61,614 nt of DNA from positions 1-61,614 of the IMG/VR virus record IMGVR_UViG_3300021957_006329. One strand, 5' to 3'. A program made the translations under genes and the position numbers. Below are positions 18,092 through 27,227 of this stretch, one piece after another. This DNA comes from a virus. Lineage: Duplodnaviria > Caudoviricetes. How positions within the stretch are numbered: position 1 is the stretch's first letter; every line of letters starts with the position of its first letter. The notes beneath the pieces are model-generated. The model saw nothing but the letters and a program-made list of their open reading frames with translations. It was not told where the DNA came from and ran no database searches.

Positions 18092-18811
18092 TTAATGACC
18101 TCCGTGTGCACCATGGTGAGTTGCTCGATTGTCTTGATGGTTTCTACCATACACATCTGCTGCTGCCCTGGATATTACTTTTTGTAACCGGGGCCAATCT
18201 CCGGAACGAGTGTCACCGTTTGGGTTGCTGTCCAGAATCCCGGCTTCCACTGTACGTCTTTGCAGATCATAATTGAGATCCCTGTTGAACTCTTCCCAAC
18301 TATCTGATCGAAACCCTCCGCTATGACCACCATGCGGTCCATGATATGTACCTCGATCATCTTGATGCGCGCGTCCGTAACAATCTGCGAATGCTCTGGC
18401 TAGTACATCCAACAATCTAGGCCAATCTCCGGAACGAGTGTCTCCATTAGAATTACTGTCAAAAATACCTTCCTCCGCGGTTCTACGTATCAGGCATGTT
18501 TTCATACGATGATAAAAATCATTCCATGATTCTTGTGGGAAGCTAGTCAAGTGAGACGCGATTGGAAGTTGTGGGATGTAAGGTTTCCCATGCGGGCACG
18601 GACTATGGTATGTGCCTCTGTCAGCTGAGTGATTGGGAGCAAATGTATCCGCACTTGCACGTGATATGACTCGATTGAGCCGCGGCCAATCTCCGGAACG
18701 AGTGTCACCGTTTGGGTTGCTATCTAATATACCCTCTTCTACTAATCGATAGTTCAGACGGTCTCCCATATGTCGGTTGAATCCATCCCATGATGTGTCT
18801 GTGAATCCCAT
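18092..18811 (-). CDS. triple-repeat His-rich protein of unknown function (239 aa)
   Basis: three copies of E.GI.DSN.NGDTRSGDWPRL...RA.AD...H.D.R.T.H; TATAAATA 5 nt upstream of ATG18811. Confidence 0.8.
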   Translation of the reverse strand: MGFTDTSWDGFNRHMGDRLNYRLVEEGILDSNPNGDTRSGDWPRLNRVISRASADTFAPNHSADRGTYHSPCPHGKPYIPQLPIASHLTSFPQESWNDFYHRMKTCLIRRTAEEGIFDSNSNGDTRSGDWPRLLDVLARAFADCYGRAHQDDRGTYHGPHGGHSGGFRSDSWEEFNRDLNYDLQRRTVEAGILDSNPNGDTRSGDWPRLQKVISRAAADVYGRNHQDNRATHHGAHGGH

Positions 18812-18860
18812 TCGTATATTTATAATTGACATCTCGATTGATCAAGTGTATTATCATTGA

Positions 18861-19055
18861 ATGAAAAAAATTCATAAACCTACAGAATGGACAATTGATT
18901 TTACTGAAGAAGATTTGAAAGAGTATTATACAAACAAATGGATATGGAAATGGGTCGAACAATTTCATCCGGAAGCGTTTACCAAGGCTAGAGAATATGT
19001 TGAGAAAAATTGGAGCAAAATAAACGTTGAAAAGACCGGTGAAGAGCCTATATAA
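18861..19055 (+). CDS. small hypothetical protein
   Basis: promoter TTGACA-N17-TATTAT at 18826-18854, ATG 6 nt later. Confidence 0.65.
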   Translation: MKKIHKPTEWTIDFTEEDLKEYYTNKWIWKWVEQFHPEAFTKAREYVEKNWSKINVEKTGEEPI

Positions 19056-19062
19056 TAACTGT

Positions 19063-19743
19063 ATGAAGACAAATATTGTCAAACTTCTAGCCGTAGTAGC
19101 AACAGCTGCTTTGGCCCTTAGTGTTAACGCCGCAAATAATGCACCCGGAGACTCCTTAGTCACCGGGTCTCTGAGCACAGGTTTTGCTACAGAGAACAAC
19201 TACAGAGGCTCCGACCTGGGTGATGACACCCTTCGCGCCGGAGCTGAAATCCATGGAGGGGTAGCTGGTCTAAACGCCTTTGGTGGTGTTGTGACCACAC
19301 AATCTATAGATGGTGGTGCAGACCAGTATTATATTTCAGCTGGAGTAGCTAGCAAGCTATTCGAACTTGATCTATCCACTGGGTTTTTGCACACTGAAGG
19401 TGTTCCTGGTGAAGCTACTGGTGAATTATTTGCTAGACTCACAGCAAGCAAATTGCTCAACCTATCAGCTATTGTCTATTATGAACTCGATGATGAGCTA
19501 TGGACAACTGAAATTGGAGTGAGCGAGACGTTTGATTTGGATCTAGTGTCCGTGACTGGTCGTGCCTCCGTTGGAAACACAGAAGTTTCTAACAGCAATG
19601 ACAGAACCTACTATGTTGTAGGGGCGGACATCCGGAGAGAATTAGTGTCTGATGTTGATCTGGTTGCTGGTGTGGATTATATCGATGCCGACGATCGCGA
19701 GGACGATACATGTTTCCATGTTGGTTTGCAGGTCAAATTCTAA
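19063..19743 (+). CDS. outer-membrane beta-barrel protein (TorF-like putative porin)
   Basis: signal peptide, alternating beta strands, NYRG motif, C-terminal VGLQVKF. Confidence 0.75.
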   Translation: MKTNIVKLLAVVATAALALSVNAANNAPGDSLVTGSLSTGFATENNYRGSDLGDDTLRAGAEIHGGVAGLNAFGGVVTTQSIDGGADQYYISAGVASKLFELDLSTGFLHTEGVPGEATGELFARLTASKLLNLSAIVYYELDDELWTTEIGVSETFDLDLVSVTGRASVGNTEVSNSNDRTYYVVGADIRRELVSDVDLVAGVDYIDADDREDDTCFHVGLQVKF

Positions 19744-19775
19744 TTCTCTAATCTAGTAGTAATAGTAAATGTGTT

Positions 19776-19804
19776 GAGCCCCGGGAGACCGGGGCTCTTT
19801 TTTT
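19776..19804 (+). terminator. rho-independent terminator
   Basis: gagccccgg-GAGA-ccggggctc followed by T7. Confidence 0.9.
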
Positions 19805-19840
19805 GTGATTATATAAACTACCACGAGACTAAATAACTAT

Positions 19841-20248
19841 ATGAAGCATAAGAGTGTAAAGCCAGTTGTTGGAGAAAGTTTAGAGGTACCTAAATTCAAG
19901 CCTCAAATTCCAGAGTACATGTTGGATGGTATGGATAATCATAACAAATTTCTTCTGGAGCAAATATCGTGCATGAAGCAACAAAACGAGTGGCAGACAG
20001 ACATGGTATATAAAATATACAACTATACAAAGACTATCAATGGTAAGGTTATAGAGCTCGAACATTTCAGACAGCGTCTCAACATGGAGTTGGAACTGGA
20101 TCAAAAATGGGACGAACGACAGAAAGAAACCGCCAAGTGGAAAAAATGGCTGATCTTAGGATTCATCATGTTGGGTTACCCTATATACCTATCCATATTC
20201 AATCACATTGGATTGGCTCGTATATTTGAAAATTTACTCAAACTTTAA
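19841..20248 (+). CDS. coiled-coil protein with C-terminal TM helix
   Basis: CTAAATA box 5 nt upstream; hydrophobic C-terminal segment. Confidence 0.65.
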   Translation: MKHKSVKPVVGESLEVPKFKPQIPEYMLDGMDNHNKFLLEQISCMKQQNEWQTDMVYKIYNYTKTINGKVIELEHFRQRLNMELELDQKWDERQKETAKWKKWLILGFIMLGYPIYLSIFNHIGLARIFENLLKL

Positions 20249-20263
20249 TTAATAGATATTGAT

Positions 20264-21538
20264 ATGTTAGAACATGCAAATCAGAAACTTTTCATCACGT
20301 TCTTAGGATTAAGCGCGCTGTTCATAGCTGGATGTGCAGCATTTTTTAGTGTTCGAGGCATATCATTATTGTTCGCTGGTAGTATGATACCGGTGGCTAT
20401 CATGGCCACTAGTTTAGAAATCGGTAAACTGATGGCAGCCAGCTTTTTGTACAGACAGTGGAACCGGTGTAAACTGTTGATGAAATTTTATTTATCGTTA
20501 GCTACTGTGCTCTTGATAGGTATAACATCGTTGGGTATATATGGATATTTGAGTGATGCCTTTGACAAAACAATGACCCAGGTTAGTTTGTATGAATCCA
20601 ACATTGTTCAAATAGAAAAACAAAACGTTACATACGAAAAAGAGATCGCTAAGATCGAGGGAGCATCCAATGCTGTTGATGACAAAGCCAATGAGAGTAT
20701 TGAGCAATATCAAAAAATATATGATGACTATGTAGGTGATCAACGCAAAAGGCAAACAGAGTTGCGCAGTCAAATCAAATCACTCGATGATGCAGTTGCA
20801 GCAGTTGAAGCAGAAAAAGGGGGTTTGTTCAGTAACAAAACTAGCAAGTTGAAAGCGCTCAAAGAGTCACAAATCGCGGAACGTGAAGGTATCAACAGAA
20901 GCTTGACCGAAATTGATGGTAATATTGATGTTGAGTACAAGAGATTCTTGAACAAGGTGGAGAAGCTACGAGAAACCACGGAGCAGGTACCAGACAATGT
21001 GGAAGATGTTAACAGTATATATGTTAAGATACGTGAAGGTGAACAGGAGATACTCAAGCTCCGAGAGAGTATCAGAGACACAGACATTGGTAGTTTCAAG
21101 TTTATAGCCAGATCATTTGATATGGAATTGGAAGATGTGGTAAAATGGTTCATTTTGATTATCTGCGCGGTGTTTGACCCGCTTGCTGTTGTATTGATTG
21201 TTGGACTGAACATGATGATTGCAGGTACTTGGGACCGGGTTAGAGTAGAAAAAAAAACTACACAGGTAACCACTACGACAACTACAACTAGTAAACCACC
21301 GGTAAATACAACCACAACAACTGCAACCACCACAACTAGGGATCCTAGCAAGGTACATGTACAATGGCGCGCGGATACTGATCTAGTAAATACGGTGACA
21401 ACAACTCCTCCTCAAGTGATTGAAAAAATAGTTGAAGTAGAAAAAATAGTTGAAGTCCCAGTTGAGAGAGATCATCCGGAAGTACTCAAGTTACGGAACG
21501 AACAACCACTTGAATCTAAAACTAACAAAAATAAATAA
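20264..21538 (+). CDS. membrane protein with long coiled coil (conserved in T4-like phages), Thr-rich linker
   Basis: AAFFSV.G...LEIGKL, ITSLGIYGYLS, VFDPLAV motifs. Confidence 0.8.
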   Translation: MLEHANQKLFITFLGLSALFIAGCAAFFSVRGISLLFAGSMIPVAIMATSLEIGKLMAASFLYRQWNRCKLLMKFYLSLATVLLIGITSLGIYGYLSDAFDKTMTQVSLYESNIVQIEKQNVTYEKEIAKIEGASNAVDDKANESIEQYQKIYDDYVGDQRKRQTELRSQIKSLDDAVAAVEAEKGGLFSNKTSKLKALKESQIAEREGINRSLTEIDGNIDVEYKRFLNKVEKLRETTEQVPDNVEDVNSIYVKIREGEQEILKLRESIRDTDIGSFKFIARSFDMELEDVVKWFILIICAVFDPLAVVLIVGLNMMIAGTWDRVRVEKKTTQVTTTTTTTSKPPVNTTTTTATTTTRDPSKVHVQWRADTDLVNTVTTTPPQVIEKIVEVEKIVEVPVERDHPEVLKLRNEQPLESKTNKNK

Positions 21539-21542
21539 CTAC

Positions 21543-21899
21543 ATGAGCAAGGGAAGTAAGCAACGACCAACAGATTTGAAAAAATATACAGAAAATTTTG
21601 AGAAGGTTTTTAATAAAAACACGATGAGTGGTATGGACATTCATATAAATGAAGCCGGGGCAATAGAAATCAACAACGCATCTGGTGAATCCACACGTGA
21701 GAGAAAGATACGGGTCATCAAGGAATATACTGATCAGAACGGTATAGAGATGGTGATAGTTAATGTAGATGATGCACTATCCAACAAGACCATGACCAAA
21801 AACAAACTCAGAGCTCTCAAGCATGAGATTATCAATCAACAAAAAGAAACAATACAAGCGCTAGAATCAATTGAATCTGATAACCAACAAGCTAAATAA
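21543..21899 (+). CDS. hypothetical protein (MSKGSKQRP N-terminus)
   Basis: AATAAATA 5 nt upstream of ATG21543. Confidence 0.6.
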   Translation: MSKGSKQRPTDLKKYTENFEKVFNKNTMSGMDIHINEAGAIEINNASGESTRERKIRVIKEYTDQNGIEMVIVNVDDALSNKTMTKNKLRALKHEIINQQKETIQALESIESDNQQAK

Positions 21900-21903
21900 T
21901 TTA

Positions 21904-22350
21904 ATGATATCATCACAACTGAGCAAACAACTTCATGAAGCACTAGCAAAATTGAGAGCCTGTACCGAACCTACACAGGATATGGACAGTGTCAATTACC
22001 ATTCAGAATATAACAGTGAATGTACTGAAGATTTAGATCATGAGTTGGACCATCCCGACCAATTAACTTTCGACTACGAAAGTTTATCACATCAAACCTG
22101 GCCAGACGTTCAAGACATGTGTTATGCCAAGTCGAGTAGTTACAAGAAATTTTATCAAGATATTGCTGATGCTGCTAAATCATGGACTGACAAACCTAGT
22201 GACCGGAAAAAAATATCACAAGCGATAGAATATGTGTTAGAAACTGCGAAAACTGCTCCATTGGTCAACAACACTCTCAACAACAAGCTCAGACATGATG
22301 AGATGATGAGAATTGTGTCTAAGCTAGTAAGTTATCTGAACAGCAATTAA
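21904..22350 (+). CDS. hypothetical protein
   Basis: follows the previous stop; converges on the gp5 gene. Confidence 0.55.
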   Translation: MISSQLSKQLHEALAKLRACTEPTQDMDSVNYHSEYNSECTEDLDHELDHPDQLTFDYESLSHQTWPDVQDMCYAKSSSYKKFYQDIADAAKSWTDKPSDRKKISQAIEYVLETAKTAPLVNNTLNNKLRHDEMMRIVSKLVSYLNSN

Positions 22351-24941
22351 CGCTTTGGCGGAGCACCGTATGTACCTTTTGCTACAGACTTAGCATCCCC
22401 GCACTTCTTTTCATGACGTACTGGTTCGGCTGGTACTCTACCCTTTTTATAGTCATTATTTTTCTTACCTTTGGTCCGGACATCATGATGCTCTCGGTGC
22501 AATGTTAATGGTAAGTTTCTAAACAAATGGCTATGTGACCAAACACCGACACAGTTAGGGTCACTTGCAAAAGCTGGTCCAAAGTTTGCTTTCACTGGAA
22601 TTGGTAACGGGTTGAACACTGGACAACATGCCCCTATCAATACCCGACCTGGGGGTATCCATGCTACCACACGATTGGCTAGAGTGGTTCCAGTTACATC
22701 TGTCTCTTCTGTTTGTTGGATTTCACATGGGGCTGTCACATGATTCAAACTGACTTCACCTTCAACATGCATACCACCACCAACTACTACATTTGTCTTC
22801 ACTCCTAAATTTCCATCAATTAACACCTGCTCATCTTGTGTTTTGTCATCTTTATTTCTAGCGCGGAGGCATAAAATATCAGCTGAGATGTTCAGTCTCC
22901 TACCACCATCTATGTTGGTCTCGAATTCTGAACCTATGTTCACTTGATTACCTGATATGTTGGTTATGGTTCCACCAATATCCACAGGCCCGTAACTCTT
23001 CATACTCAAACCACCAGCACCGACTTGAACATTGTATCTGTTACATACATTGAGTGTGTAATTACCTCCTGGTAGTTCATCTACATGTACATATTCTATC
23101 ATCGGGCTTTCCTCTTGATTGGTAAACACACCTTCTTTATGAACGACAATCTCATTATTATGTATCTTACCTACCTTATCTACACGAATATTACCAAAAT
23201 CATTCATCACTAGACCTATAGTCTCTATTTTATGTTTGGTGATATCAACAATTTCATTACCCCCTATTCCCATCTTGGCTTCAGCCTCACTTAACTTTTC
23301 TATATTTGCCTTTATGTATGTATCTAAATCATTTTTCAGACTTTCAGTTGACCAGCTACCGTCCATTGTACTAGGGCTCTTTCCACTACCCTTACAACAC
23401 GGGCATGTATCTCCAAATATCTTACCACTTGCACCGGCTTTTTTAAATTGAGCTTTAGGTTGCTGACCTTTGGGTTTACATTCTTGATATTTATCTGCCC
23501 CATCATCTTGCCCGGTGCTGCTCATGGACCCACCTAGCATAGCCTTCTCTCCTGGGCCCCAAGTCATGCCTTTGTCCCCGGCTCGTATTTGTGTTACTTC
23601 AGTACTGTTAAATTTGTTGTTCAGGTGCCAGTATTTCTCTTGAGTACCATGACCACCTGGTTTTGTAACTTTGGCCGCGCACACCGGGCAAGCGCTATGC
23701 GAACCGCTTTTTTTCTGCTGACCGCTTGTTAGTTTCCGGTTGTTATCTTTGATGGCATCCGTGCGTTGTATTTCAAACAATTGTTTATAATCTGCAATAA
23801 CCGATCCAATCTCATACCACTGCTTTATGTATTCTTCCTTCATGTTTCCAACCTTGCGGAAGCTATCTCCGCGGATTATACTGTCAACATCATGCTCAAC
23901 ATATAGGTTTTGATAACCACGTACGGTTAGATATTGATCCTCCAACACCAATTTTTGGTCGTTATGTGTGGCTAGCTCGGTTGTTGTATGGTTATTAAAC
24001 TCTTTGAATGATCCACTGTAATGTGTGAATTTCATTATCTCTTTATTGTCACTGTTGATAATCTCAATCACACCGCCTTTTTGATTTAACACGTATTTGT
24101 TACGATATTGCTCTGTGTTATGGTCGTATGTATCATCGTCTGTTTTGGATTTATTTTCGTATGTTCCGGGGTAATCGATACCAACATCTTTATCTTCACC
24201 TAGTGTGTCATATATACCTTTCCATTCTTCTTGACCATGAACAGTGGCCCAGAAAACCGGGCTGGTAGGATCACCTTCACGGAAGAATACCCACACATGA
24301 GCACCTACATTAGGTATTGAGAAGCTACCCTTGGCGCAGTTACTGTAACTACTTGGTGTGTAATTGTAGCTATATTTGTTGATCCTGAGTTCCGGCCATT
24401 GCGTTACATTGTGTTTGTTACTCCCGCCTTTCTCACTAAACCCTAGACCCATCTTACCAGCTTTGTCATAATTACCGGCGCCACCGTTGTCGTTCCATGC
24501 GTCGGTAAGTTTTAAATCTTCAACTTCATATATACGTGCCGGTTTTTCACCTATACCATCTTTATTCAACGCGAATTTAGTCTCTGGGTCTTTAACTTTA
24601 CCGGATGGATCAAGCACCGGATCTGTTTCTTCTAATCGATTACTGTCAGAGATGCTCCCGGTTTTATCATGCGCGTTATATCTACCGCTGCCGGTCGCAC
24701 CGGTTATTGGCATGGCACATTCACTCCATGGTAATATGTCTTTAACATCCTCTATGATGTCATTCAAACTAGAAGTTAAATTCTCACCAAGGAATTTGAA
24801 TCTTTTGTCCCGGGGTACTTTGTTCCATTTGTCATACACTGTGATGGATACATGAGGTACATAAATTTTGCAACGACCACGACGATCCGGATCGTTGTTT
24901 TGTACCACTATACCTAGATAATTACCGTAATATTTTTTCAT
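22347..24941 (-). CDS. gp5-like baseplate hub / central spike protein
   Basis: OB-fold YLGIVVQNNDPDRRGRCK..PNVGAHVWVFFREGD; beta-helix-like repeats; C-terminal SHSH. Confidence 0.8.
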   Translation of the reverse strand: MKKYYGNYLGIVVQNNDPDRRGRCKIYVPHVSITVYDKWNKVPRDKRFKFLGENLTSSLNDIIEDVKDILPWSECAMPITGATGSGRYNAHDKTGSISDSNRLEETDPVLDPSGKVKDPETKFALNKDGIGEKPARIYEVEDLKLTDAWNDNGGAGNYDKAGKMGLGFSEKGGSNKHNVTQWPELRINKYSYNYTPSSYSNCAKGSFSIPNVGAHVWVFFREGDPTSPVFWATVHGQEEWKGIYDTLGEDKDVGIDYPGTYENKSKTDDDTYDHNTEQYRNKYVLNQKGGVIEIINSDNKEIMKFTHYSGSFKEFNNHTTTELATHNDQKLVLEDQYLTVRGYQNLYVEHDVDSIIRGDSFRKVGNMKEEYIKQWYEIGSVIADYKQLFEIQRTDAIKDNNRKLTSGQQKKSGSHSACPVCAAKVTKPGGHGTQEKYWHLNNKFNSTEVTQIRAGDKGMTWGPGEKAMLGGSMSSTGQDDGADKYQECKPKGQQPKAQFKKAGASGKIFGDTCPCCKGSGKSPSTMDGSWSTESLKNDLDTYIKANIEKLSEAEAKMGIGGNEIVDITKHKIETIGLVMNDFGNIRVDKVGKIHNNEIVVHKEGVFTNQEESPMIEYVHVDELPGGNYTLNVCNRYNVQVGAGGLSMKSYGPVDIGGTITNISGNQVNIGSEFETNIDGGRRLNISADILCLRARNKDDKTQDEQVLIDGNLGVKTNVVVGGGMHVEGEVSLNHVTAPCEIQQTEETDVTGTTLANRVVAWIPPGRVLIGACCPVFNPLPIPVKANFGPAFASDPNCVGVWSHSHLFRNLPLTLHREHHDVRTKGKKNNDYKKGRVPAEPVRHEKKCGDAKSVAKGTYGAPPKR

Positions 24942-25801
24942 CTATCATCAACAAAATCGCGGACCTTGCCGGTCAACCCTGCACGACCTAGAGCTTCTGT
25001 CTTCATGTCTCTCCTAGCCTGTGTGCATTGCTGATCTATGAATCGTTGTAATGCATTTTTATCACCTTTGAGTATCTGCCGGGCGACTGGTGGTAATTTT
25101 TTGAATATATCATTGAGCACTTTGTCTTGTGCTTTTTTAGTATTACCAATATCATTCATCTTCTTCTTGTTACTTTTGATCTTATTTAACAAGCCTTGTA
25201 GCTGATCGTCTAGTCCTGCCCGGTCTGCAACCATAGCAGCACCCGCCAGCGCTGCTTTTTTTCCTAGATCTTTCAAATCACTAGCACCAAAACCGTCTTT
25301 GAGCAAGCTTTCCGCAGCATTTTTTCCAACACCACCTAATGTTTTCGCGAATTGACCTGGTGTCATCTCCCCCTTGAGTATTGCTTGGATTGATTTACTC
25401 ATCTCATCACACACCTTGTCACCGGCCCGGTCAATTGTCCGGTCGATCTGTCTAGCTTGGTTTCGCGGACTCCGGATCTTTTTGATGTTGTCAGTGGTGG
25501 TGTCTTGTAAAATTTTACTCTTTTCATCTAACTCAGCTTGTGCCGGGTTTTTTTGTTTGAACTTGCCCAGATCTAGGCCCAAATCATTGGCTGCGGCATC
25601 CTCGTTACCATCATCCTCTCCAATACCAGCCGCGGCTGATTCTGCTGCATATTCATCAAACTGCAATCCTTGACTCTGCATGTATGCAAGGAATGAATCC
25701 TGTTGATTGTCACGACTACTGGAACCTAGCACAGTGTCACCAATCAAATCAGTTGGTGTGTTTGCAGGTTCGTCGGCCGCTCCTAGTAGTTCGTCCATCA
25801 A
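24938..25801 (-). CDS. hypothetical helical protein in structural operon
   Basis: ATGA overlaps on both sides. Confidence 0.65.
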   Translation of the reverse strand: MMDELLGAADEPANTPTDLIGDTVLGSSSRDNQQDSFLAYMQSQGLQFDEYAAESAAAGIGEDDGNEDAAANDLGLDLGKFKQKNPAQAELDEKSKILQDTTTDNIKKIRSPRNQARQIDRTIDRAGDKVCDEMSKSIQAILKGEMTPGQFAKTLGGVGKNAAESLLKDGFGASDLKDLGKKAALAGAAMVADRAGLDDQLQGLLNKIKSNKKKMNDIGNTKKAQDKVLNDIFKKLPPVARQILKGDKNALQRFIDQQCTQARRDMKTEALGRAGLTGKVRDFVDDR

Positions 25802-27183
25802 TCTAGATCTTGATATGAATGTTTGTTCAAGGCGGAGTCATCTAGGTAACCGGTTGTGGGATCATAACCGGTGTCTAGATCTATGGTACCGAACAGCGGT
25901 ACACCGTACCAGTGACATGCGCCTGCGACCGCGCCGGATACTCCGTTCATTTTCTTGACTGCCAAATAGATTGTCGGGACGTTGTTGTAAAAATTCCATC
26001 TGATCTCTCCCACTTGTGCCGCGAAGTTTTTTGGTCCTTTAACACTCAGTGTACTTTGATAATTCGTATTTTCATCAGTTAAATCCACATTATCCGGATG
26101 TTTGGCTCCGAGTACGATAGGTGATTTGAATACCACTCGTGGGTCTTCAGCATCTGAAGAGTCTTGGAAGTCAGCTGCATCATAATTTGAGTTTACGCTA
26201 GTGTTGATCAACATGCTATCGCTAGACGCGAACTCTACATCATCCAGTGATGGGGAGCTGGCTCTTGTAGTCAGTATCTTGTTTTGATTGTGAATTGTCT
26301 CACCTAGTGTAGCCTCTACAACATTCACCGCGTCATTTACCTTTTTTAATGTCAGTGTATTATGCACCTTTATATCATCCACACTAGGACTAGCTGCAGT
26401 TGTTGTTAAAAATTTCTGACCGGTGCTGCTAACATCAGACTCAGTATCAAATGTTCCGGTAGTTGCAGCGACCACATTGGTCAAGGTGGATACACTCACT
26501 CCGCTGTCTGGTGAGAGACCACCGGTGTTACTCACTGTAACTACATTATGATATTTTGCGGGGTCGGTGGTCAATGAACCGTCTCCACCTATCAGAGAAC
26601 CGATTCCAATACTGAAGTTTAACTTACCGTTTGCATCGATAGTTACTACCCTGCCAACGTTGGCCGGGGCAGTGACTGCTGCGTTTGCTACAAGGCTAGC
26701 TAATGACATTCCGGTCGCTCCAGTTTGTTTAATAAACCCGCTGCTATTCGCGACTAGTAAACCAAAGGGAATAGGCGACCCACCGGCGGCTGTTATGCGG
26801 CCCGGGTACACAGATTGACCCACTTGTATATCGCTATTGAACTCTCCAGATTCTAGTGTGATACTGCTCATGGTCACATTACCAGAGAATATACAATCTC
26901 CAGTGACTGTCAATGTTGTTGAAACATTTACTTTACCCATGTTGATTGTCACTCCAGGGCTACCAATTGTTAATTCATTTGCAGCATCCTCTAGATCACT
27001 AGGTTGTTGCAATGTGAAGCGTTGGAGTTCACGAGTGGTGACAGCCATGGTTGTCTTGGCTGATAAATCTAGTTTGTTAGTAACAGCTATTGGTAAATAG
27101 TCAGATTTAGTCAGATATATATCTGCCAACGGATCATAGGTGACTTTAGGTAGTTCACTAATCTTAATTCTTTTGTTTGCCAT
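25798..27183 (-). CDS. virion structural protein (tail-fibre-like)
   Basis: KISELP N-terminus typical of fibre-associated proteins; S/T/G-rich. Confidence 0.6.
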   Translation of the reverse strand: MANKRIKISELPKVTYDPLADIYLTKSDYLPIAVTNKLDLSAKTTMAVTTRELQRFTLQQPSDLEDAANELTIGSPGVTINMGKVNVSTTLTVTGDCIFSGNVTMSSITLESGEFNSDIQVGQSVYPGRITAAGGSPIPFGLLVANSSGFIKQTGATGMSLASLVANAAVTAPANVGRVVTIDANGKLNFSIGIGSLIGGDGSLTTDPAKYHNVVTVSNTGGLSPDSGVSVSTLTNVVAATTGTFDTESDVSSTGQKFLTTTAASPSVDDIKVHNTLTLKKVNDAVNVVEATLGETIHNQNKILTTRASSPSLDDVEFASSDSMLINTSVNSNYDAADFQDSSDAEDPRVVFKSPIVLGAKHPDNVDLTDENTNYQSTLSVKGPKNFAAQVGEIRWNFYNNVPTIYLAVKKMNGVSGAVAGACHWYGVPLFGTIDLDTGYDPTTGYLDDSALNKHSYQDLD

Positions 27184-27227
27184 GGTCAATATTATTTAAT
27201 ACAGCGTTAATGTTTAACAACTCCAGA

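Noticed and set aside
18190-18725. CRISPR array from the 23-nt thrice-repeated sequence
   Set aside because: Spacing of 228 and 264 nt is far too long, the repeats are in frame within a protein repeat, and no cas genes are present
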